A DNA stretch of 64,000 nucleotides from positions 6,791,708 to 6,855,707 of the forward strand of contig OZ316891.1 in assembly GCA_973895155.1 (NCBI GenBank), in the 5' to 3' direction. The notes under the pieces are model-generated. The model made no database searches and was not told the DNA's origin. It saw only the letters and a list, made by a program, of their open reading frames with translations. Positions within the stretch are counted from its first letter, which is position 1. Every line of letters starts with the position of its first letter. The position numbers and the translations under genes were made by a program. This DNA is from Marsupella aquatica. Lineage: Eukaryota; Plantae; Marchantiophyta. Of the stretch, positions 52,061 through 64,000 are shown in pieces.

Positions 52061-53309
52061 TACTAAGGGATGCTTACTTTCACATACCAATGGCAATTCA
52101 TTATAATTATATATGCATGTGTACCAACTGAGTGGTGCCATGTGTCCCAATTACAAGCTGCCACATGTCATGCAAACATTACGTGTTCACACAGACCCCT
52201 AACTTATCCTAACACCTTCCATGGAATGTCGCCTATTTTATGAGGGCCTAGATATGCTCTCTAAAGTTGAGGAAAAACTAGAACCTACCCTATTGTTCTT
52301 CCACGGAACTTTGGAAGTCTTTTGTCAAAACCAATTTAATGACCCTATACTTCGCCACAAGTGATATGCCACTTTTGTGAAAGTGATGTGCCCAAAGGAG
52401 CTATACATGGCCAGTGACAAATGTGGCAAGTTTGTCATTGTACTTCCTTGTTTGGAGCCCCACCAGTGTGCACTATGTTTAAACGTCCATCCAGAACTTG
52501 TCTCCTATGCACCAGAAGTGGAGAGTTTGGCCATGTGCGCAGGTAAATGAGGAGGACAATCCAAATTGCATGTCCTCCAAATGTCATTTACCTCCTCATG
52601 GCTTCAGACAGGTAAATGAGGAGGTAAATGACATGAGGAGGTGCATGACAGGTAAATGAGGAGGACAATCCAAAGAAAATACAGGCTTCAGAGAGGTAGG
52701 GAGGGAAGGTAGATGTTGGGTGGAGGGGGCTTGAGGTGGAAGTTGAGCCGACAGGGAATAGAGTTGAAACAACATGCAGGACTCCAGTGGATGGGGAGGG
52801 GAGGCAAACATAAGGCCAGGAGAGTTGAAAGCGACGGAGAGTAAAGTCAAGTGAGATGAGGTGAAATGTGGGCGAACAGGAAGGATAGGCAAAAGAGACA
52901 GCTCAAGTCGGACCAATGGCAAGAAGAGGCAGAAGCTGGGCAAATAGGGAGGAGAGTGGAATGACAAAGCAAGAGTTGGGTGGGGGTAGGGAGGCAGAAC
53001 TTGAGTAATTACAATAACGAGGGGAATTTTGGCAAATGGAAATTGAAATCAAAAGGCAAGAATTGGGAACATGGGGACAGTAGTGGAATTGGAGGAGCAA
53101 ATGAGCCAACTGATTATTTTCATGTTGCTATATATGGTGAATGTAACTTTCAGTATTTTGTCTTATTCAAACTTCTTTTGTTACGTATTTGTCCCGTGCG
53201 CCCCTTAGGAGGAAAGTGGCAAGCCATTTACGAGAATTAAGCATGGGTCACCAAGAGTCATCCTCAGCACACAGTGCTTAAACTTAGTACATTGGAAAAT
53301 CACACCCTA

Positions 53310-53858
53310 GTGTTCGTGAGAAGCCCAGGCTCACCAAAAGGTCATCTGGCAATACGCTGGGAGTTCAGTTTAGCAAATCCTAAAATTGCACCATCATGCT
53401 CTTGCAAACCAACTTGCACAAGCTGCAGCACTACTGGTAGTGTTTGAAAGTTTAAGTCGCTTGATTTTACAGTTTCACAATTGCAACAAGTACATCATGC
53501 AACAGTCGGTGTGTCAAGAGGGGTCAAGGCCTTGGTTCCACTTCATAATACTTTGCTTAGTATCTACTTTCAACATCCCCAAACTGCATGAAAATCTAGT
53601 TTACCTTACAGCCCTGTCCACGTTATAGATGCGAAGATCTGATATTGTTCCCATGGTGAGCATTTTCATAAGCAGAGTGCAATTCACTCATGCATTCTGT
53701 CAATTCCAGAAAGGTAAATTCTGTGTGCTGTACTTCACAGCCTGGTATGAAGAAAGGTGTAACCACAACAGAAAGTTGTCTCAAGAGATATTTGTGTACT
53801 TTTAGCACTTTTTGAATACCAAGGAGCCTTGTTGGCTTGGGAAGACCAAAGGACCCCA
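53310..53858 (+). repeat. ~550-bp segment duplicated at ~63457-64000
   Basis: ggctcaccaa.aggtcatctg...aaattgcaccatcatgctctt...gaagaccaaagga is shared at high identity. Confidence 0.9.
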
Positions 53859-54297
53859 AGAGCACGAGGAGGTCTACATCGTTTTCTCTTTCACATTTGG
53901 AAGATAGATCTAATATACAGATAGGAATCTACTGGGTAAATAGGTGTGAAATTCTCAGTGTTACTATTCTTATGCCAATAAACCTAGAGTGCCACAGCTG
54001 CTCCTGGCTGCATTCAACTGTTAAGTATCCTGGTTCTAAAGCTGTTGTGACCACGTCTAAGTAGATCACTAGCTGATGTCTGCCCAACCCCTTCACTGAC
54101 GGTGGCACATATGAATCGGTCTAAAGACTCAACCCGATCAGATTTGTTAGTCACCTTAAGATGGCTTCCTTAATCTTTTACGGATACCTAGCCAGCAGAA
54201 AGCACAAATATGGCTTACTTTCTCAACTCGACAATGACACTCCTTGTACCATTGTAAAACGGATACACAGAAAGCACCAGCGTTTTTCATAATTATA

Positions 54298-56535
54298 TTA
54301 CTGGAATTGATATGTGGCAAAACTATAACCACTGCGCCCTTCATTGGTTGCTTTCAGCTCCAGTTTCTGATATGGACTGCAATAGCAAGGATAAACTTCG
54401 TCAAATCTCGTGTCCACGGCGACTAGAACGATTAGAGAGATTCAGAAAAGGAAAAACTGTAAACAGATACAAAAGACAACGACTGGAGGCAGAAGTTCAA
54501 GGCTTCAAAATCGAATCCAGTTAAGTGCCTTCGGACCAGAAAAGTAAACCAGTATACAGGTCTAGAGCGCACTTCAGCGGAAGGTAAGAAATTGTTTTCC
54601 TCGTCGTGAAGAGAATAAATCCTCCATACCCAAAAAATAAGCCAGATAAATTTTCATGGCTACATTGATGACAGCCAAGCTAACGTCCAGAATTGAATTT
54701 CTTTTTATATAAAATCATTTCTACTTTCAAGAAAGATTCATTTGACAATACCTGCTGTTTGGGTCAAAGTAAAACCCATTTACAGACCCATCACTACGAG
54801 AAAAACAAACGTAGTAGAATCCTGCTATTGTCAAACCACAGTCTGCCCCAACGTTCACAAAAAACTTCTCCTTCCATCTCTGTACACAGAGCACAAAACA
54901 GCCATCCAACTATTAAAAGCAGAAACTTAAACTTTTCTTAGGCAGTTTCACGTCATGAATGCATTGCACAAATACTGGACTCCCCTCTCAGATGTTTGAG
55001 CAAAAGATAGATTCGAAACAGATTGAACTTTTTTCATCGTCTGCATGGATACGATTTTCAACGTGGTGACCGACCTGAGGAACTCACCATGAACACAAAA
55101 GGATAGTTTGCCAAATCTAAAGACAGTCCACCATCCTCCTGCACGTCCTCCTGTGAACATGATTTTAAACAATAAATTCAAAAAAGACAGTCCGAACGTC
55201 CAGATATGTCACAACTAATGAAATGCTAGAAAAGCCATCTACATTGGTTTCCTCGGCATATTTTTGTCTATCACCACTGCACATTCATTGAAAACGAGAC
55301 ATAGAAGCAAACGTTACCTTCAATGGTAGGAACGAAGGGAACTTGGCCCAGTGCCCAATATCTGTCTCCCGTCTGAATTGGACCAACGAGGGGTTAGTTT
55401 GAGGATTGCACGTCGTCACCGGGGTTGCACTTGCCTTCACTTGTGCTGTGCACCATCCAATATTCACTTGAAAAGTTTAAATGAGCAATAAGGAACTTAC
55501 GATGCATCCCACTGGCCAGTGAAGAATGTGTAGTTTTTATTGTCAACAATTTCACCTTCCCAAAATGTCACCACCTGCAAGTTTCAGAAAAAAGTCAACA
55601 ACCAAAAAACATTCTCTCAATCTCAGCATTAAGTAATATCAACACGGTCCTGAAACTGGACATGAACAGGAGTTCTCTGCTGAAACCCGTAGCAACATGG
55701 CGTTGACCTTGACCAACGACAAGCTAATCCATTACTCTAGCACAAACCCTACTTTAAAAATTGGAGTCCCACCAGGCATGATCCACCCCAAGAAAAACTC
55801 CCAACGCTAGAATAGAGAACTGGTCTAAGATTTCTCATGGACATCTCTCTCAAGTCGATTCATTCACCTAACCCGAAATATCAAAACTTGCAGGGGAAAC
55901 CGCAAATAAGAGGAGCGGCAGCATCAGGGGTTCTTCGAAGAATCCAATGCCCACTAAAGAATGCTCTAAGGCAGAAAGACACATCAATTCAACATAGGCG
56001 AAAACGAGATAGGACTGGGAATTTACTGGAGTCTCCGCAGAAGGAACGTTCAGAGCTTCCATACTTCCACACAAATACCCATGCTGAATGTCACATCCTT
56101 GTAATCGTACGTTCACTTTCCACGCCTCATCCTTTTGTGCACTCGACACAATTTGCGTGCCATTAAACGCCTGCATAGATCCCATACTTCAGAAATTGAG
56201 AGCCATATAACCTCCACACTTCTTGTCATGTGATTCAGGATCCGGTCACACGAAAACTCCCGACCTTAAGCGCAGCCACTTGCAAACGAAACTCACTGCC
56301 ACAGATTCTACTCACTTCTCTAAGGGGTGGGAGTGTCTCTTCTAAACCCTAGCTGAGATCCATCAAAATACAACGAACGAGATCACATTTCTGCACGCCA
56401 ATCCCATAAAAATTGCACTTCAGGGTTTTCTCGAAAATTCAAAAACAAAACAGAAAAATGGGCATGGACAGATGACTACAATACCTGGCCCACATTCAGA
56501 AAGGTGCAAGGTGGAGGACGCGCTTGACCGGGCAT
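54298..56535 (-). CDS. GID4: GID4/Vid24-family Pro/N-degron substrate receptor of the GID/CTLH E3 ligase. Exons 56535-56485, 56170-56027, 55574-55501, 55372-55318, 55150-55088, 54879-54752, 54376-54298
   Basis: FLNVGQAFNGTQ, WKVNVRLQGCD..HGYLCGSMEALNVP, VVTFWEGEIVD, TDIGHWAKFPSF, YPFVFMRWKEKFF, GLTIAGFYYVCFSRSDGSVNGFYFDPNSSPYQKLEL, SFATYQFQ*; splice phases consistent. Confidence 0.93.
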
Positions 56536-57125
56536 GGAGTCCTAGAAGGAAAAACACCAACAAGGAACCAACAGATTACTCCCCCGGCATTGCATAACGC
56601 CACAGAACCCAACAATAACAAAGCCCTAGAGAATTGAAATGCGTGAGGCACACACAGATTCCACGTTCGCGATAGCAAATTCCACTTGAGAGAGGAGAGG
56701 GTGAGTGACAAAACTCCCACCTGAGCGAGAAATGGTGGCGAAGTCTTGATCGTGGCTGTCGGCTCATAGGCTCATACGAGGGAGGGTCAGACGACGAGGT
56801 GCATTAGCGACAGCACCTGCAGCAGCAGGAGGAGCAATCCCCAACCACACGTACCCCCCCACCACGACTGTCGCCACCGCCACCACTGAATTCACAACAC
56901 CTACAACGCTGATGACTGAAACGGTCCGAAATCACCACATTATCGAGCGAGACAACGAATGAGAATCACAACCCACCCTCCTTTCGCCACCCACAACGAC
57001 GCAGTCGAAGCAAAGACCAACAGCCTCAGCCGCAGCAACAATCTACATCACAATCATCATTGTCACCATTACGTCCCAATTGACCGGCCGACAGATGAGC
57101 TGAGCCGGAGGGGGAGGAGGCGCAG

Positions 57126-57175
57126 TAGAGCAGAGCAGAGAAGAGAAGAGAAGAGAAGAGAAGAGCAAAGCAAAG
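57126..57175. repeat. (AGAGC/AGAAG)n microsatellite in the GID4 5' region
   Basis: Directly visible. Confidence 0.8.
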
Positions 57176-58739
57176 TAGACCGAATGTGAATGGAAAACAG
57201 AGGGGAGACACGGAAGAACAGAGAACGAGGGTGAGAGGAAGAAGGGAGCTGAGAGGGAGTTGGCGATGGGGTAAGCTACGACGAGACCGACCACAGGAGC
57301 ATTGAAGTGGCGACCCAGGTCCTGATCAGAGTGATGTTCGCACCGCGAAATCGCAGGGAGCTTGCTTGGTGGGTGGACGGCTTGCTTGAAGGTCAACCTA
57401 TGGAGTGATGATTGTGGTGGCGGTGGCCAAATTGGCAGTAGTGGGAGGGAGAAAGTGGCTTTGGTCGTGTACCACTGTGTACCTTTAAGACTTAATATTG
57501 GAGTATGTTTCTATGTGAAATTGGGCACACCTTGGATGCCCCTAGAGGACGCTTTCATCACTCCCACTACTGTTAGTGCCATTTACAATGCGGTGAATTG
57601 AATATTAAGTTGAATTGTGGAGTGGCTTGAATTGAATATTAACTAAGTTGAATTGTGGAGTGGCTTGCCGTGAGAGGATTACACCAGGTCAGCATGTGTG
57701 CTAGATGTGGAACGTGCAATGTACTGCAATGATCTTATCTCAATTCCATTTGTGCTCTTGATATTCAGGTGTGTAGCAATGTGCGGTTCAGTGTTTGGCA
57801 ATGGTGGGCGGGCCACTTAGCGGGCAACCTTCCCATTTTTCCCAAACTCGCCAGGCTCCAGGGTTTGAATTTTCCAGGGCTCAGTGGCAATTGAAAATTT
57901 GGCTTCCTAAGTCATTTCATGCAAAAGTCATCTTGGTAGGACATTATCCCAAACGGTGGGAACGCTCATTATTAGGCTTATATACAATAACACCGTCCCC
58001 TTTTCCTCCCCTTAAGCTTGTTCTTGAAAAGACTGTGAGGCAACAGCAGATATACTTTGGATGCACAGCCCCGGTGGCAAGCAACAGTAGGGGTGAAAAT
58101 TGAGGGATGAATGGACAGATGCCATTCTACTTTTGTTTCATGCATGCTATGCCATGTCTGTATTACCCCCAAGAGCCAAATTCCATGTTGGGGCATCCCT
58201 TGCCTGGTGACTTAGGCAAAGCATTTTGTCCAGACTTCCCAGGTGAATAGAACCAATCCTCTGTTTGGGTTACTTCTAGTCTTGGGTTAACTTCTTGTTA
58301 CTTAGTTAAACTGTCATTAGGGTGTTAATGGTGATTAGCTGTGACTCTTGCATCTACCATATAGAGGGCTATGGAGAGCTCTTCTTGGAGACTCATGCTC
58401 ATTGTTGAGGGAGCTAGATAGGTGCTAGGAGAAGAGCTTGTGCAAGGAGGCTTTGTGTGGCCATGGTGGCCAAAGTTTAGTAAAACTCTTGGGTGTTCTC
58501 GTACCTATCCTTGACAAAGGTTAACCACGTATCTTGGTGTTGGTGTGTGTGCATGCTTACTGGTTGTGCTCATGGTTGTTTTGTGACAGTTTTCCCAACA
58601 CCCTCTTGGAGTAAAATGACCTCTTTGATCTTCATCCATGACATGAACCCATTTAGACTAAGTAGAGCATTCATGCTTAGATTAGCTGTGGATAAATTAG
58701 CCAAGCTGCACTAATGTTAATGTTGGGGGAGGATGAACC

Positions 58740-59025
58740 TATCACTAAAACTAGTTAGTCATATCTAAAGTTAACCAAGTATGGACTGGGTCCTCTACTA
58801 AATTCAATCAATCATCTGTCCACTGCTAAACTTAATTGAGTATGGTTCCATTACAAAGGTTGGCTTAGTCTTGGGTATGGGTCTAATGCTTAAATTGATT
58901 GAGCATGTGACTATCGTAAAATTAGCTTAGTATGGGTCTAGTGCTAAACTTAGTTGAGCATGTGACCACTGTAAAATTAGCTTAGTACGGGTCGAACACT
59001 AAAATTACTCAAGCATGGGTTTGCT
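58740..59025 (+). repeat. Degenerate ~30-bp tandem repeat
   Basis: Recurring ctaaa.ttag...agtatgggtc / gagcatgtgac units. Confidence 0.6.
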
Positions 59026-61828
59026 ACAATTACCACAAATAGGCCTGTCTCTAAACCTAGTCCACCCTGGGTTTGGTGCACAGGTTCTCAAAATGGATTT
59101 TCTGCTCTTGCACATGCTTTTACCTACTTACTCAATGCTCTTTCTGTCCATAATTTGTTTGCACAACACATAGAGGTTCCTATCAAGGAGATGGGATGCC
59201 AGAGCTAGTGCCAAGTTTGATATCAAGGAGGAGAGGGGAGAAAGGAGAAGGTTGGTTGGGGAGTGGGTTTAGGGGGAGGGGCCAGTTCCATGTTTGGTGG
59301 ATGTGTTGCCCCCATGAGCCCTGTCCAAAACTCCCCAGCAACCATTGCTGCTGGATCAATCCCAGCTAACATGTAGTGGATCTTCCCTTCAGCAGCTCGA
59401 CCTCCCTAGCTCCATCCTGCCTTGATGACCTGACCTCCTGACCCCGACTCTCCTCCTCACCCAGGCACACAACTCAAGCCTTCTCGTTTGTATCTCCTCC
59501 TTGCTCACCATCTTCCCTCGCATCTTCCACGTAGACTGAACTTCCTCCCCATTCAGCTGAGTTTGGCCTCCCTCCTCACCCACAAAACTTCTTCCTTTTC
59601 TTTCAGCTTCCTCCCTGTCGGTGCAACTTCTGCTTCTCGTACCTACCAATTTCTTTTGCCTTCGGTTTTTACTCTCCTCCTTGGCCAAACAGCTTTTGCC
59701 TCTCCTCCTTCCCCACCAATCACGCTTTTACTTTCAATCATTATCGTTTGTGCATTCAATCTTTCACTTTGACCATCTTCAAGGTACAAAACACAAACAT
59801 TATGACTTTCACTTTGACAACACTATATAGGTGATTGCATAGGGCGTGTCAAAGCACGGCCATAAACAAAGTCTTACAGCCATAATAGATTAGCCATAAA
59901 TTATTTATGATTTATCACTTTTACGGGCAGGGTGTGTACATTTGACTGTTCATATGAAAAGTAGTTATGGGGTAGAGTCTTTTTTACGGTGGAGACAAAC
60001 CAAGACACCACTTGCAGGTGTGGTGGGCAATAGTTCAGTAGTGTGATTACTTGACTACTACATGCAACAGTAGAGTCTCCTGCCACTCTTGCAATTTGCA
60101 ATTCAGTTCTGTTGTTTGAGATCTCATCCAAGATTTCACTCTCTAAAATTTTCAGGAGAGTTCTTCTAATAAGGTTTTCTGTTGTTTGCTCACAAATCCC
60201 ATGGTAACCCATACTATGGTAAGTTGAAGTCAACAACGTTTGCTCGAACTTTTGTGCAACATACTCATACCAGTCTAGGCCACTACAGTCCCGCTCTCAT
60301 TATTCCAATAGCTACAACACAACAATACAGGATCAAATTTGAAGTCCAAACAATAGTGGAGGAGCAACAAGTCCAAACCAATGTGTTGCCAAAACACAAA
60401 TGAAGACATGTATTCACTCGGTTCTTAGTTTGCGGTTGACAAACGTCTTACTTTGGTTTGTGTTTTGGCAATAGAAAGGTCATAAGTAGAAGTTGATTTT
60501 GCCATAGTTGTTTTTGCATTCAAGACACATACATTATTAACTACTATAATAAATGCAATCCCACCAATTGCCGCTTGCAAATACAAAAAGAACAGGACAC
60601 AATATTGATCATCCTCTAAAAACTTATTTTATTAATTTTACACTCTTATATTGAGCTAAAAAGACTTGCATGCCTCCTCTCATGTCCTGCCTTGAATGAA
60701 TCCATGTATACACTACAGGGTACTGCATGCCCTGTACTTTTGAGATGACTTCTCCAACATTCAATCATAATCTAGATTTCATACAATGACTACACTTTTG
60801 GACAGGCCAATCATCAAGTAATATAATATGGAATTTGCCAAAATAGTGTTGGAGGAAATGGGTGGCCTTGTTTTTTGTTTGTTTTCTGGGTTTCCAATCA
60901 AATTCATGGGGTCAAGTTAAACCCTTGGCCACCCCGTCCCACCTTTTATGTTTTTCTAAAGTGAAGTGGATTAAATTGTTGTGGCAAGTTGATTTAATCT
61001 TGCACAATGTTTTTTTTTGCCCTCATTTGAACTTTACTTATTTTCCCATTTAATTTTCTTTGCATCACCTGATATTTTCTTGTTTCCATCGAGTTTTTTT
61101 TCCTCTAGTAGATTTTTTTCCTTCCTTGTGGAATTAGTTTTTCTTGCACCCAATGGCACCAGCCACTTTATTACCCACAATATTTTGTGTCAACAAAAAA
61201 CATCCACGTTGACAATACCTTGCACCCCATTTAAATGATTGGTTATTTTCTTTCTTGAGGAGAGGGAGTGGGAGGGGTGCGAGTGGTATGGACAGGAGAA
61301 CTGTGGAGAAAGGAGACATGACAAGAGGGACCCATACTCCCTTGGCCTCTTTGCCTGCACCATGTGCCCATTTACTTTCCCTTGCGCCTAGCCCTCGCCC
61401 ACCACCTCCTTTGCTCGGGGACGAGTAGGAACAAAGGGGGAGGGAGATGAGGAAAAAAGTGTTGCATGAGCTTCTTTGGACCCCTTGTCACCGTTGCTTG
61501 TCTTGCACAAATCTCGTCACCTTGCCTCGATCACACTTCTTTCCTCAATGACCTCCTCATGACATCTTTTGCACAATGAGATCTTCTACACAAACAACAT
61601 CTTTCATGATAGGTTTTCCACATTTACATCATTTACAAAATGACAGTGTTTACACAATGACACCATTTTGACATGGATGTCTTTTGCACAATTACATCTT
61701 TTCTACAGTGATTTCTTTTATGTAATGTCATCTTTTACACAATGCACAAGTATTGAACATGACCATAAAAAATGTACAACCAGTATGACAAATAACATAT
61801 CTCAAGAACTATCTCCAGAAGCTTATAC

Positions 61829-61955
61829 TTTCTAGTTGCCTTGTCTCCACATCTTTGCCTTGCTTTGACATTTTGTATTTTCTTTTCTTTCTTCTAGTTG
61901 CCTTGTCTCCACATCTTTGCCTTGCTTTGACATTTTGTATTTTCTTTTCTTTTCT
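61829..61955 (+). repeat. ~62-bp exact tandem duplication
   Basis: ttctagttgccttgtctccacatctttgccttgctttgacattttgtattttcttttcttt twice. Confidence 0.9.
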
Positions 61956-63456
61956 TTCTTCGACATATGTTTCTCTTCTTGACATCTTTTCTTCACTTCA
62001 ATATTTTTTTCTTCTCAGTTTGACTTTTTTTGATTCCTTGACATTTTCTCTTTCCTCAACATCTTTTTTCCATCTTGACACTTATTCTCACCTCAACATC
62101 TGTTGTGCAACACACTCGATTATGCTAGCCTCCTATAATATATCTCCTAAACTTTCTTGCCTCACCACATATTCTGATTTGCTATTGATAATATTTTATC
62201 GTGGTTTGCCTATTGGCAGTACAAATATCAAAACAGACGTAAATGTAGACTGAATAGAGTATTCTTTGCATTCATGACACATCAGATAAGATGTCTCCAC
62301 ATCTTCCTTGCATCATCTCATATGCTACCATAACAAATCTTCTGTGCAATGCAATGTTTGAGGATTGAACCAAACTTTATTGAGGGGCCACATGAGAGAG
62401 CTGGATTAAGATGTATCTCGAAGAAGATCTGTGACTACACAAAGCTAAGGAACACTATTTAGTGGTGGCCTCAACCCCAACACAAGAACTAGGAATGCTG
62501 CACAGTATCTACATTGATTATATGTTCAGTATGGATAACTGTTCCTGAAGAGTGATGGCAGCTTCCTGCAACCTCCCTAAACTCCTATTAGCACACTCAA
62601 AGTTCTATGGCTCATTTGGAGTTAGACAGCTATCCTAGGTCTAGGAGCCGAGGATAACCACTAATATGAGCTTCATATAATTTGAAATGCATATTTGTCC
62701 ATTTAAGCACAAACTAAATGATGGTGCGCTTGTGATTACAACGCAAAGTGACAAATTGTGAGAACCAAACACCATCAAAAAAAGACACTTAAACCACCAC
62801 AAAACCTCAGGTGGCTCCAATCAGCTGTTGTGACGCAAAGCACTCTTAATTAGACCTGACAAGTAAAACAAACTAGTTTCGATAAAGGATGTTTTCTTCT
62901 TCACTGGTTGCTTCTTGAACTTATGATGAATTGAAAGCTTGGAAATTTGCTATTTAAAGCATGACAGATGCGAAACTAGACATTGACGGAAGTATTCCTG
63001 CCAGTTGGAATCATTCCTCATTTTTTCAAAACGAACTTTCTGAATATGCATTCCATTGAGTTACCATATGCAGAAATGATAAGCAATGACCAAACTCAAG
63101 ATTAAACCACGCCCGTTGTGTCCGTCAGTACATACCGCAGGGGCACTCACACCCTACCTGCGAGCTTTTAGAAACATAACAATGAAAGACAATTTCGTCA
63201 ATTGGAGACATGTATCGGATGATTCCTGTCTACACAAGTCTAATTCATGATTCTAGGGTCATTTCTATGCATCTTTCGAACTAATAACATTGTATACACA
63301 AAAATCAATCGCGACTTCTACATTAGGAATCCAATCAAGTAAGATCTCGTAGTTACAACGGACCCATTGAGAAAGCTTCCCGACCCATGTGATAACTCTG
63401 ATGACGCGAAGTTGCAGGCTCACCTGCCTTTGGGCTGGTGGCTCATACGGAAGAAT

Positions 63457-64000
63457 GCTCGTGAAAAGCCCGGGCTCACCAAGAGGTCATCTGCAGGGCA
63501 AAGTTGAGTTTAGCAAATTCTAAAATTGCACCATCATGCTCTTGGAAACCAACTTGGACAAAGCTGCGGCACTACTGGTAGTGTTTGAAAGTTTAAGTCG
63601 CTTGATTTTACAGTTTCACAATTGCGACAAGTACATCATGCAACAGTTGGTGTGTCAAGAGGGGTCTAGACCTTTGTCCCCCTTCATAATATTTTGCTTA
63701 GTATCTACTTTCCACATCCCCAAAACTGCATGAGAATCTAGTTTACCTTAAAGCCCTGTCCACGTTATTGATGCGAAGAACTGATATTGTTCCCATGGTG
63801 AGCATTTTCATAAGCAGAGTGCAATTCACTCATGTATTCTGTCGATTCCAGAACGGTAAATTCTGTGTGCTCTACTTCACAGCCTGGTATGAAGAAAGGA
63901 GTAACCACAAGAGATAGTTGTCTCCGAGATATTTGTGTATGTTTAGCACTTTTCAATTCCAAGCAGCCTTGTTGATTTGAGAAGACCAAAGGAACCAAAG
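63457..64000 (+). repeat. Second copy of the GID4-downstream segment (53310-53858), running off the window end
   Basis: Directly alignable by eye to 53310-53858. Confidence 0.9.

Noticed and set aside
57800-62300. Purine/pyrimidine-skewed ORFs upstream of GID4
   Set aside because: Low-complexity, probably old repeat debris; no assignable motif.

Overview
Eukaryotic, intron-containing plant DNA; a moss/bryophyte origin is inferred from gene style and is not provable from the window. The left ~36 kb is a transposon-rich block. It holds a decayed TE-like gene (1-2670), a tandem pair of non-autonomous long-TIR elements (3535-8052) and a full-length 10.9-kb CACTA element (9691-20572; CACTA termini, AAT TSD). 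The CACTA carries a SET-domain exon inside the first intron of its transposase. Further right is a co-oriented three-gene cassette (25921-31061): an EDM2-type PHD-finger cluster, a TET/JBP-like Fe(II) dioxygenase and an apparently intact IS3/IS481-like (IS3EU-type) DDE transposase. Two non-LTR insertions with long TSDs are also present. The right ~27 kb holds host genes: thymidylate kinase, an intronless F-box/kelch gene and GID4/Vid24. The main candidate new systems are two unrelated DNA transposons that each carry chromatin machinery (reader + putative 5mC oxidase; putative methyl-writer), suggesting TE-encoded anti-silencing or chromatin-targeting modules. All domain calls are by eye from motifs; no database searches were run.
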